This document shows, one piece after another, positions 23,229 to 34,927 of a DNA stretch of 64,000 bases (its first letter is position 1; the number at the start of each line of letters is the position of its first letter). The translations under genes were made by a program, and so were the position numbers. The DNA is from Octopus sinensis (lineage: Eukaryota). The notes beneath the pieces are model-generated. The model saw nothing but the letters and a program-made list of their open reading frames with translations, did no database searches and was not told the origin of the DNA. The stretch is taken from NCBI RefSeq assembly GCF_006345805.1, contig NC_043004.1:92504001-92568000 (forward strand), given 5' to 3'.

Positions 23229-23650
23229 TGTACATTACATGTTAATCTTTACATCATCTGAAGTCAAATGTCAACCTTTCTATAATCTAACATCATATGA
23301 TAAACGCTAATCATCTGACGTGATACCTCCTATTAATTGATCATTACTTTATCTGTTGCTATGTGTTAAAACTCTTCCTCGTGCTACGTCACATCCGTTT
23401 AACTTCTCTCACATAATATATTAAACTCTCCATCATCCGACCTCACATGTTTATCTCAATATAATTTCAGCTTAATTAGTCTCTTTCACCTGACGTCACA
23501 TCTCTTGTAACATGTTACAAGGGATGTGACGTCTGCATCATGTGACATCACGTATTGTTTTTTCAGATTGGTGCGCATCACATATTTATAGTGACGTCAT
23601 ATGTTAGTTTCTACATCATCTAACGTCACGTTAACCTGTATAATAACGTT
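22630..23650 (-). repeat. Degenerate ~29-bp minisatellite in opposite orientation to 21310-21450, interrupted by a Helitron and (TA)n
   Basis: For example TACATGTTAATCTTTACATCATCTGAAGT (about 23236) resembles the reverse complement of ACATCGGATGACGCAGAGATTAACATGTA. Confidence 0.65.
22775..23173 (+). mobile_element. Non-autonomous Helitron, 399 bp
   Basis: A|TCTTTATATATAAAGGTGAAG ... CTCGAACAACGCCGGGTGATACTG-CTAG|T; internal ~70-bp duplication (about 22934 and 23026). Confidence 0.92.
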
Positions 23651-23734
23651 ATGTGAGATATGTTAGCCGTACAACCATGAAACACGATACCCCTTGGTTT
23701 TTATTCTGAATGGATAATGATATACAATATTTGT

Positions 23735-23892
23735 TTCTTTACTACCCACAAGGGGTTAAACACAGAGAGGACAAACAAGGACAGACAAACGGATTAAGTC
23801 GATTACATCGACCCCACTGCGTAACTGGTACTTAATTTATCGACCCCGAAAGGATGAAAGGCAAAGTCGACCTCGGCGGAATTTGAACTCAA
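23735..23892 (-). mobile_element. SINE group A copy (head truncated)
   Basis: Near-identical to the tail of 63596-63825. Confidence 0.9.
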
Positions 23893-24764
23893 ATCTACTA
23901 ATGTGCCTGCTTACATTACGCCGTGAAGTGGTTAGCTGAAGAGAGAAGAGAGAAAGAGAGAGAGAGTGAGAAGAGAGAGATAGAGAAGAAAGCGTGTTTA
24001 CCGGCGGGGACATGGTAACTCGAGGGGTAGAAGAAAGACAAGAGCATTTGCGTGCATATGGTTTCAAAGTTTGCCACAAGGGCAGCAATTTTTGGTGGGG
24101 GTGGATGAGTCTATTGCATCGGTCCGTCTTCAACTGGTACTTATTTCAACGACCCAAATTGGCGCACATATAAAATGATACACGAATACACACACGCGTA
24201 TGATAGACAGAGAACTGTTGTCGCTGTAAAATTGGTAGTGGTGGTGCTGGTGGTTATTGTCGTCATCGTTATCGTCGTCGTTGTCCTTGTCATCTTCGTT
24301 GTCCTTGCCGCCGCCGCCGCCGCCGAGGCCGCCGCCGCCGTCGAAGTCAACGTCATGTCGTCGTAGACATCATGTCGTCGTCGACGTCGCTGTCTTAGTA
24401 TCATCGATGGGAATAGTGGAAAAATGAAAGTGGTGGTGATAGTTTTAAGAACAGTGAAGAGTGTTGTTGTTTTGAGGGTTTTTTTTCTTATTGAACTATT
24501 TTAAATCGTCAATCACTTAACGCATGCGCTTTAGTGAAATTGATCGTCGGCTGCTTTCATATTAGTTTATCTATAATATCATTCTACTTTCGTCGGTGTT
24601 TATAAAGAAATTGAAGACATAAAATTTACATTATTTCTTAGAAAATTGATTGATAAACGATGTAAAGAAATCGAAAACATAATCTATTAGAAATACAACA
24701 TTTATATTATTTATATTTTACGAAAGATAATTGATTGAAATACAGCTATTTTGAATTAAGTATT

Positions 24765-24826
<62 letters not shown>

Positions 24827-24960
24827 TATATATATATCTATATATATATATATATATATACGGATATACATAGGTACGTACACATATGGTATATAGAGAT
24901 GGATCGATGATTTATACATACATACATACATACATACTACATACATACATACATACATAC

Positions 24961-25037
<77 letters not shown>

Positions 25038-25183
25038 ACATATGTACGTACACATATGGTATATAGAGATGGATCGATTGCTTTGTATATATGTGTGTGC
25101 GTGTGTGTGTGTGTACATGAATAGAAGCACGGACGCAGACAGAAGCACACACACAGGTACACACACATACATACATACATACA

Positions 25184-25214
<31 letters not shown>

Positions 25215-25324
25215 GCACGCACGCACACATACACACATACATACATACATACATACATACATACATACATACATACATACATACACACATGCATACACAC
25301 ATACATACATGGATGACTGTATTT

Positions 25325-25558
25325 TGTTTATTCTTTTACATGTTTCAGTCTTTAGACTGCGGCCATGACAGAGCACCGACTTGAACTTCTATCGTATGGA
25401 TAGATCCCAATGCTTATTATTTTAAAACCTTGTATTTATTCTATTGCCCTCTTTTTTCTGAACCACTAAGTTTAGATGGACATAGATACAAGGGCTTCTA
25501 TCCCTCTCCGTCTGTCAGATCCACTAGTTAGGTTTTGCTCGGGTCCAGTTTATAGTAG
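25325..25558 (-). mobile_element. SINE group B copy (diverged)
   Basis: TGTTTCAGTC..GACTGCGGCCATG..GAGCACCG..GAACCACTAAGT. Confidence 0.7.
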
Positions 25559-25559
25559 A

Positions 25560-26012
25560 CTAGCAGCTAAACCCGGTTTCTCCCGGTCGGTTTGGATGAT
25601 GTGGCTGTAAATCCTGTTCTGTGTAAGCATTCCACTTGTTCGGGTACGCTTGTGTTAAAAAACAATTTCAGAATGACTTATTTTCGGTCAAAACGCTAAA
25701 AACAATTGATCAACAAAAAAAACAAGATTCAACCATATCAAAAAATAAACCCAAATACTAAGCGAACAAATATGAACCCTCCCACTTCCATTGCGCGCGC
25801 ACAAGCACACACACACACACACACACATTCACATACCCCCACTTTTACATACACACACATATTCACACAGAATTGAAACGCTGTTTGATTTATTTTTTCA
25901 GCGTTCAATTTTCATCATCCTACTACCAAATATGACATCATCCCTTCTTTCCTCATTCATCTATCACCCCTTCCTTTCTCATTCATAAACACAAGAGTGT
26001 TATTATAGTAGA
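25560..26012 (-). mobile_element. Non-autonomous Helitron, 453 bp
   Basis: Minus strand A|TCTACTATAATAACACTC ... ACCGGGAGAAACCGGGT-TTAGCTG-CTAG|T. Confidence 0.85.
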
Positions 26013-26144
26013 TTACCTCGGTAAAGATGGGAGCTATGGAAAAATACACAGCCCAGCAACAGCACCGGATCATTCTACACATATGTGTAATTTTCCGTGC
26101 AATTCCACGCAGCTGTTTGACCGTGAATCACAAGACAAGAAAGA

Positions 26145-26268
26145 ATCGCCCATGTCAAATTTATATGTATAGAAGATACTTGCCCAAGGTGCCACGCAGT
26201 GGGTCTGAACCCGAAATCATGAATCCTGCGGTTGGCAGGCAAACGTCTTACTACACAGCCGCGCCTGT
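26145..26268 (-). mobile_element. SINE group B head fragment
   Basis: ACTTGCCCAAGGTGCCACGCAGTGGG..GAACCCG..CTACACAGCC. Confidence 0.7.
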
Positions 26269-26553
26269 ATATATAAATATATGTATGTATATAAGAAGAA
26301 AATAGAAGGAAATGAATTTCCTATGCAGAACAATAAGTTAGCGCGCTCGGTAAATAGACCTAAGAGAATATCGAGTAATGTAGGATTCAATGAAAAGGTA
26401 ACCTTCGAGATATTGACAACCAAAAAATAGATTATTTTCCTCAATATATTTTTCAAAAGACACAATTTATCATATAAAATATATAATATATAAATACAAA
26501 AAATATATATAAAACATATATAGATATATAAATATAAAATATATATCCGTATG

Positions 26554-27595
26554 AAATCGCTTGAAATTGTAAATCCGTTCTAAAACATAAAAAGGTTGCG
26601 GGTTAAATGTACACGGTCAATGCATTGCAAAATCGAACATATCAAAAGGATGTAAGAAGAAATGGAATCCATTAATTTGTAATCAGGAGTGTAGTAATCT
26701 GAATTCCATAAAAGACAAATTTGTAATTGCTGATCTTCAAAATTTTGCCCGTTAAAAGTTTCCTGCTTAAAAAATAACGAACTTTACAGGTGTGAAGTAA
26801 GTACCTCAAAAGAACCCAAGAAAATCTACATAGGGAGCACAATAGACTTAGGGGGCATAAAAATACATTTACAAACCCGAGTACGAAAAATTCAACAGCA
26901 CTAGCCAGACACGCAGATAATTCCAAAGCAGAAAAAAAATTTTAACTAGATTGGTCAATAAAATCCCAAAGTAACCCCCACAAACATAAGAATGTGTAGA
27001 TTATGTACTAAAGAATCCATTAATATACTTCGTACAAGTAGAAAAATTTTATTAAATAAGATTTCGGATGGTTTAATATTTTGTAAACAGGTATTTTTCA
27101 ACTTTGAAATTATTTTCTCATTAATGTATAGCCAACCCATGTTGATAATTAAAACCAAAATTCCGACGTTTCATCCCCTATATGTTTTAGAATAGCCGTA
27201 AATGCATCATCTTTCTGTAAGATTTGTAGTATATTTAACCCGCATTTTAGAATTTATTTTAGTTATCTGAACAAATTTTTATCGCAACATAGGGTACCTG
27301 GTCAAAGAATGAAGTCTTTTAAAATCTCTTAAATAAGTTTTTAAACTTTTCAAATAATCCCTGATGAAGGAAATGTATATATTCGAGATGGGTACAAATA
27401 GTTCACCCAATCTGAAATACCTGTCCTGAAATGGCTGTAGAATATGTATGAATTTGATCTCTGGACTTAAGAATTCGCTTCTTTGAGCTACCCATACATC
27501 ATTTTAATATTTTCGATTTTGGCATGCATTGACCGTGTACATTTAACCTTCAACCTTTTTAAGTTTTAGAACGGATTTACAATTTCAGGCGATTT
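26554..27595 (+). mobile_element. Fold-back Penelope-like fragment: GIY-YIG relic between ~100-bp terminal inverted repeats
   Basis: Arms 26554-26654 and 27495-27595 (9 mismatches by manual alignment); internal YRCEVSTSKEPKKIYIGST, HKNTF..KNSTALARH, DWSI, CRLCTKESINIL..LLNKISD (about 26775-27070). Confidence 0.85.
27357..27452 (+). ncRNA. Degenerate hammerhead-like motif with extended stem II
   Basis: ATCC-CTGATGA-AGG [~60 nt] CCT-GAAA-TGGCTGTA-GAAT; core intact, stems I and III imperfect. Confidence 0.35.
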
Positions 27596-27609
27596 ATATA
27601 TATATATAT

Positions 27610-27782
27610 CATGATAGATCGTTAGCCACTACACACATTTTTTTCTCTCCTTGTTTTCTGTGTCCCTTTCTGTAGAAGAGCGTAGGCTCGAAACGTAAAA
27701 GACTTTTTCTATTCCTGAGCGTTATACTAATACATCTGTTTGTTTTGTACACTCCTGTATTCGTCTTTTGTCGTTTTTTCGT

Positions 27783-27790
<8 letters not shown>
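27610..27790 (+). mobile_element. Short pLTR-like repeat with a variant hammerhead motif
   Basis: CTTT-CTGTAGA-A-GAGC-GTAG-GCTC-GAAAC-GTA-AAAG at about 27666-27700; downstream CCTGAGCG..TAATAC is shared with the 8.6-kb copies; core is CUGUAGA (non-canonical). Confidence 0.65.
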
Positions 27791-27834
<44 letters not shown>

Positions 27835-28324
27835 TATATATATATATATTATATATATATATATATATACAGAGGGAGAGAGCTATATATATATAGTCAG
27901 TTTACAGGGATATATTATTCAGGCGGACACCCTGTTTGCCCTAAGTTTGTTTGCAGATGCCGGTTAACACACCGGTCCGCAATTGTTGACCGTGCTTATA
28001 ATAAGTTGAGAGACATTAGTAAATTTTCTCGTTATGTAATTCCGTGCGTCCTACGCATGACTGCAAAGGTCCCGTAGCGTGTAAAACAACATAAATAATA
28101 TAGGGAATGGAGATTTGCACAGCGATAATGTATTTTACAGTTATTTACAGCATACAACCATTACCTTCACGTGCTTCCACTGCAGCGACTGCACACCGTT
28201 GCAGATGCAACCTTGCAAGATTGTCAGTGCAGTTTCATCAGCGTCTGTGCCTTAGGTCTGCTTTGAATTAAACTGGATTAAGAAAGTGTTTGTTGTTTAG
28301 TGTTCAGTGCATATATATATATAT

Positions 28325-28735
28325 TCATTTGGTCTTTTACCGGGTATTTGACTGCGGCCATACTGGGCTCCAGTACTCGCTGTACAAAAGAACCGCTTTG
28401 GACACATAAATGACCACCAATTTTAAGTACCATAAACGTAAGCAGGCGCGTGCACACAAACTGATGCATTTATCAGAATCATATAACATACATACATACA
28501 TACATACATACATACATACATACATACATACATACATACATACATGCATAAATACATACATCTATGAACGCATGCATACGACAAACTTCTAAACTGCTTC
28601 TGCCTACCAAATTTCACACAAGGCTTCACTAGCTCGAAATTATAGTAGAAGACACTTGCTTAAATTGTTATACAGTGGGATGGAACCCTGAACCATATCG
28701 TTACAAGAAATCTGTTTAACCACATAATCATACCT
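28325..28735 (-). mobile_element. SINE group B copy (diverged, internal (CATA)n)
   Basis: TTTGACTGCGGCCATACTGG ... TACCAAATTTCACACAAGGC..TATAGTAGAAGACACTTGC..CAGTGGGA..GAACC. Confidence 0.7.
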
Positions 28736-29471
28736 TCCCCTAAATTATTGACGTGTTTGTTGCTTGTTTGTTTTGATTTTGCATCTTATTAGATTTTACA
28801 ATTTAGTGGAGTAACTTCTGTACGTCATTATAGGGACTGCGAGTTCTTGTCCCGACAAACGAACTTCTCCCTGACAAGGTCATAAAGAATTACAGATAGA
28901 AGGCCAATTTTCTGGAACCTTGGGTTCCAAAGCCTTTCTTGATCATTGATTTTTCCGAACTATGATGGTCACCTTTGTCAGTACACTCTTAATTAAACAA
29001 ATATTAAATTTACTTAAATAATTCAATGAAATACAGATACCAGTACATTAGTATAAATGATACAAGTTTATTAATACTGTGAATAGTATTACTCAGTGAA
29101 GCGTATCATTAAAGTAATCTGACGTCCGTGGTAGTTGTGTATTCCTCCTCGTAAATTATGCGAATTATAATACATTCTGGATCATCAGCGTTTGGAAATC
29201 AGTACTGTATCTATAATACATCAAGTTTAAATTTGTGAAATTTTCATCCCTGTAGAATGATATTGTATATAGAATATGTCTTCGATTCTATTCCACTTTC
29301 AAGATTATTTACTTCTCGAGGAAAGACATAAATATTGAATAACGATTCTCAAGGTAAAAGTTTGACAAATGTACACCAAATAATATAACTTTCAGACATT
29401 TTGATTCCCAAGGGACAAGGTTCAATTTTTTTTCTTTTTTTTTTAATATAATTTCAGAACAAATTATTTAT

Positions 29472-29862
29472 ACTCTTTACTCTCTTGCTTGTTTCAGTCA
29501 TTTGACTGTGGCCAAGCTGGGGCATCACCTTTTAGTCGAGCAAATCGACTCCAGGACATATTCTTTGTAAACCTAGTACTTGTTCTATCGGTCTCTTTTG
29601 TTGAACCGCTAAGTTACGGGGACGTAAACACGCCACCATCGGTTATCAAGCGATGTTGGAGGTACAAACACACACACACACATATATATATACATATAGA
29701 TATATACGACGGGCTTCTTTCAGTTTCCGTCTACCAAATCCACTCACAAGACTTTGGTTGACCCGAGGCTATACTAGAAGATACTTTGCCCAAGGTACTA
29801 CGCAGTGGGACTGAACTCGGAACCATGTGGTTGGTAAGCAAGCTACTTACCACACAGCCACT
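29472..29862 (-). mobile_element. SINE group B copy, near full length
   Basis: Matches 40093-40516 along its length. Confidence 0.92.
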
Positions 29863-29954
29863 CAAAATAACACTGGAATGTCCACAGACGCTACTAGTGT
29901 TTATAATGGATTCCTATCTAAAATAAAAAGTAATAATAATGATGATCGACGCAG

Positions 29955-30285
29955 TTAAGAAGCTCGCTTTACAAACACCTGGTTTGCACAGCACCTTGGC
30001 CAAGTGTCTTCTGCTATAGTACCGTACCGACCAATACCTTGTGAGAAGCCTGTTGTAAGGAACCTGTCTGTGTTGAAGCCCAAATGTATGTATGTGTCTG
30101 TTTGTGCTAGTTTTCCCCATTGCGTGATAGTCGATATTGGTTTGCTTACGTCCCTGTAGCTTACCAGCTCGACAAATGATATCGATAGAATAAATAATTA
30201 ATTTGAAAATAGTATTTGTTCGACTGAATCCAGCAAAGCAGTGCCCCAGCATGGCCTCAATCCAATAATTAAAACCACTAAAAGA
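29955..30285 (+). mobile_element. SINE group B copy (diverged), inverted relative to 29472-29862
   Basis: GCACCTTGGCCAAGTGTCTTCTGCTATAG..CCTTGTGAG..GATAGAATAA..CCCCAGCATGGCC. Confidence 0.75.
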
Positions 30286-30559
30286 GAAAAGATATAACGG
30301 AAAATATAATGCATACTAATGACCTGTAGGGACGCCGTATTTCGTTCATGAACCATAATATATTACAAAATATATTAAACAAAATGCTGTAACAAAATCA
30401 CTGTTGGTTATGATTTCTGTAGAAAATCTGTTGAGATAACCTTAACAATAAAAAAGTATATATTACTCCTCTCATTTCATTTTCGAATGAGTTTTGATTT
30501 GTAATACTAGTGTCTCGAATGCGTTTTACCATAACTTCGACCAAAAATGGTAAGCTATT

Positions 30560-30718
30560 CAGTCATGGGCAATCTGCGGCCCGCGGGACTTTCTGAATGA
30601 CACGCCTACATTGAATTTACCTTGAATCTTTTTTTTTTTTTTTTACCTTGAATCAGGTCCGCTGATGGTCAGCAGGATCGCATTTTGATCGCTTCTCGAA
30701 AAAAGATTACCTCGCCTG
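30560..30718. mobile_element. Probable hAT MITE relic
   Basis: CAGTCATGGGCAATCTGCGGCCCGCGGG start and AAAAAAGATTACCTCGCCTG end resemble hAT MITE termini; no TSD found. Confidence 0.5.
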
Positions 30719-31481
30719 GGCGATCGATTCATTCTGCTAGTAACAACAGTCAAATCTCTCTCGAATCAAACACTAGCTTGATTCAAAAAGGCAATGTCAC
30801 ATTGCATATTGTCATTCCAGTATAGGTATTCTGAATGTAGGACACCAATGGCTACGGCAAAGAACAGCATTATTTATGGGTCTACTTTATAAGAGATTAA
30901 TTTGACAAGAACAAAATAGAAACAACAAAGAAAAACAAGAGCAAAAATAGAAAAACAAAGAAAAAACAGCATAATCAACATCTAAAGCAAATACCGGCAG
31001 GAGATCAAAACTAAATATATTTTTAATAGATAAGATATTCTAAGATACAAATGCAGTCCTCTCTTGGGCTTTTTATACATTTTATTTTTTCTTTTAATTC
31101 CTTGATGTATTCTGCCATTTCTGACCTATTCTCGCGTCTTAAAAAAGAAAAACAAAAACGAGTTAAAAATATAAAGAAAAAGAAAAAAAAATTCTAGCGT
31201 GGTTTTAATCAGTTATTTTTTTTTTTCTTTTCTTATTCCTGCATATCTCGTGAATTAAATTCCTTACCAAAATAGTTAACGGTGAAAATATATCAACAGA
31301 GTTCTCTCCCTTGGATAATACTGCTGACCGTAGATTTTCTATCAGTAGGAAGTTTTGTTCTCACTGGCATCTAATCTATAAAACGGGAAAATATTTAGAA
31401 GCGACTCAATCATTCTATGACGTTATGACGTACACATATAATATATATATATTATATATATAATATATATATATTATATAG

Positions 31482-31513
<32 letters not shown>

Positions 31514-31595
31514 TATATATATACATATAATATATATATATATATATATTATACATATATATATATATGTACATATGTGTGTGTGTATGTGTGTC

Positions 31596-31627
<32 letters not shown>

Positions 31628-31888
31628 TGTATGTATGTATGTATGTGTGTGCGTATCTCTTCGTCGTCACCACAAAAGTACATATATATATGTATACATA
31701 CATATATATATATGTATATATATATACACATACACATATATACATATGTGTATGTATGTACATGTGTATATATGTGTGTGCATATACATATATATGTACT
31801 TATGTGTGTGAGTTTCATACACATACATATGTATATAATCCGCATCACACGTATATATGTATGTATATATATATATACACACATACAA

Positions 31889-31935
<47 letters not shown>

Positions 31936-32566
31936 TGCATGTATGTACAATTGAATGGTCTGCAAAGAAAGAAAAATGTATTCTTCTGTATCAGCTACTC
32001 AAAGATAGGTAATGGATTTAACCTATGAATTCCCCAGGGAAACAATAATTGAATAAATCTTATGCATTCGATCTGCACACACACACACACACACATACAC
32101 ACACACACACACACATATATATACAGAGAGAGAGAGAGAGGTAGAGCGAAAGAGAGAGGGAGAGAGTTTTAAGAAAGGGCATTCGTTTCGCTATTCTGTA
32201 GAAGATTATCGCTTGAAGGTGGATTACGCTATCTCAGAGTGAAAGTGAGCTGTAATCAAAGGCACAAATTAAATGTCATACATTGCCTGAATTTGAAATA
32301 TAAACTCACACAATCTAGCAACAAACATAAGTTCCAACACTCATACATGCATGCATACATATTAGCCATAAATATGTGTGTATGTGTACTTGTCTGCTTG
32401 TTTGTGCATTTCTGTGTGTGTTTGCGTGTGCGTCTGTGTCTGACGTTTGGTATGTGTCTACGTAAATACTCAGATGTTTCTATTAGATTTAAACCTTTGT
32501 ATCGAGAATGCAGTCTGCCTGTGTCGGTGTGTTGTGTGTGTGTGTGTGTGTGTGTGTGCTGCGCGC

Positions 32567-32636
<70 letters not shown>

Positions 32637-32871
32637 TCTGTCTGTCTGTCTGTTGGAGCGTAATGGAATTTACAAATGAATTCTCTTACACATTATTACA
32701 GAACACAATCAAGGTATTATTAGTCACGAGATCAAGTACAGAAAATAGGTTCTGCTAAATTAATTTGTCATATGTTTGTGGTTAAAATTATGTATATTGA
32801 TAATTGGCAATACCTGTGGAGTACATATATCTATATATAACATATATACATATATATATATATATGTTGTA

Positions 32872-32956
<85 letters not shown>

Positions 32957-33217
32957 ATATGCATATATGTATACATGTATGTATGTATGTATGTACGTAC
33001 GTATGTATGTATGTACGTAAGTATGTATGTATGTATGAATGAATGAATGAATGAATGAATGAATGAATGAATGAATGAATGAATATGTACATAACACGAA
33101 CGGCAAGAGTTTGTACTGCAGCCCCGCGCTGTATGGATGAAGTAGATTGACAAGAAGAATGAAAGCCCGCCGTATGCTTGTGTGTGTGAGTGTGCATATA
33201 TATATATATATATATAT

Positions 33218-33541
33218 GAGGGCGCGTGGCTTAGTGGTTAGGGCATTCGGCTCATGATCGTAAGGTTGTGAGTTCGATTCCCGGCGACGCGTTGTGTCCT
33301 TGAGCAAGACACTTTATTTCACGTTGCTCCAGTCCACTCAGCTGGCAAAATGAGTTTTACTTGTATTTCAAAGGGTCAGCCTTGTCACTCTCTGTGTCAC
33401 GTCACGCTGATTATCCCCCGAGAACTACGTTAAGGGTACACGTGTCTGTGGAATGCTCAGCCACTTGCACGTTAATTTCACGAGCAAGCTGTTCCGTTGA
33501 TCGTATCAGCTGGGACCCTCGTCGTCGTAACCGGCGGAGTC
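33218..33541 (+). mobile_element. SINE group C (tRNA head, CORE-like domain, tail type 1)
   Basis: A-box TGGCTTAGTGG, B-box AGTTCGATTCC, GTGTCCTTGAGCAAGACACT, tail ..CCCTCGTCGTCGTAACCGGCGGAGT. Confidence 0.9.
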
Positions 33542-33597
33542 TTTAAGATATATATATATATATAATATTATCATTATTATATATATATATAATATTA

Positions 33598-33629
<32 letters not shown>

Positions 33630-33663
33630 GTTGGTGGTGGTGGTGGTGGTGGTGTTGTTATCA

Positions 33664-33695
<32 letters not shown>

Positions 33696-33729
33696 TAGCA
33701 AGAACATTATTAACTGTTACTCTGAATTT

Positions 33730-34500
33730 CAGCCATTTAGGCTATCGTTGCACTGAAATTAATCTTAATCTTGGCTTCGTACAATGTCTATTGAGTTAAA
33801 TGTGTGGGTTTGAGTGGAGTGTTAATTAGGTTTTAAGGTGGATTATTATGGAGAGGCGTTTTGGAGAAATTTTTATTGATTAAATTAAAGTTATGTTATT
33901 GTTTCTAATATATTCATGTATGTAGAAGTTTTGTAAGCAAGTGTGCAAATTTAGGTGTCTGTTTTGGAAGGTCGGTACAGAAAGTAGTAGTTTTAGTTAT
34001 TTTTGGTTTTATTGGGCTTAATCCTTAGTTTTGTAATGGTCAAGCGTACAATGTCCAGTAGTTAATAACTTAGTAATTGGTTATTAATAGAATTGGTTTT
34101 TATTATTATAATTTTTTATCATTTCACAAAGGAATATAAGTAGTTTGTATGTCTTGGTTGACCAGTTTCTGTACTTGGAGTTATTTTGTATTGCTCTAGT
34201 TATTTGAAGTGTTTTCGTTTGGAAGGTGGAGGTATTAATTATTTTAAGATATACCTACAACTTCAGAATATACTCGGGTTATCTCTCTTCGGTATCACGT
34301 ACTGAGAAAGTCTACAGTGTCGCAAATGCATCTAGGAGTTCTCTGGAGAGAGATACTGAATAGATTATGGTGTTTTACACCCTTTACAATAAGCGAGAAT
34401 TTTCTTTCTCTACTGTAACTTCAGTGAATTTGCCTTGAGAAGCTTAAATGTCACAACCATACTTTATCTAACCTAAATCTCGTTTATCCGTCATTAATAT
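33730..34500 (-). mobile_element. Possible decayed Penelope-like RT fragment
   Basis: Weak motifs (LLDIV, LYRPSKTDT resembling YRKPT.T) with stops; directly adjacent to a pLTR-like inverted repeat. Confidence 0.35.
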
Positions 34501-34559
34501 ATAGCGCTGATACCATTGTGTATATATACCAATGTGTATATATATATATATATATATAT

Positions 34560-34814
34560 ATGTTTTATTGTCTCTGTGGAGAGTCATTCTCTTTCAGTGC
34601 CTTATTATTTAACGCACTCATCCCGGTTCAATTTCCACCCATTTACTTATTTATTTTTTCTAAGATTTTCGTTGCGTCTTGCAACCTTATCAATAGTCAT
34701 TGACGAAAATTTTAGAAAAGAAATAATAAGTAAATGAGTGGAAATCGAACTGGTGAGTGTGTTAAATAATAAAGCACTAAAATAGAATGACTCTCACCAG
34801 ACACAATAGAACAT
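34560..34814. repeat. ~112-bp imperfect inverted repeat with a hammerhead-like relic at its centre
   Basis: 34560-34672 versus reverse complement of 34703-34814 (roughly 85% identical by eye); minus strand 34660-34696 reads CTA-TTGATAA-G-GTTGC-AAGAC-GCAAC-GAAA-ATCT-TAG. Confidence 0.8.
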
Positions 34815-34892
34815 GCTTCAACACATAAATTCATATAAAGAATCTTGCAAACCAAATATTGTTATACATCCACACACACATTCATGTGTGTC

Positions 34893-34927
<35 letters not shown>

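Noticed and set aside
24876-25078. 35-bp direct repeat GTACGTACACATATGGTATATAGAGATGGATCGAT
   Set aside because: Embedded in microsatellites; most simply a slippage duplication
24746-25376. MYVCMYVC / YIYIY / HTHT ORFs here and at 31.4-33.3, 45.7-46.1, 47.7-49.5, 52.5, 53.8 and 58.8-59.3 kb
   Set aside because: Microsatellite translations; not His/Cys-rich proteins
33218-33295. tRNA-like sequences with A/B boxes (also at 9590-9663, 49779-49850, 51623-51700, 62931-63000)
   Set aside because: They run directly into SINE cores and tails and lack a complete paired cloverleaf, so they are SINE heads rather than tRNA genes
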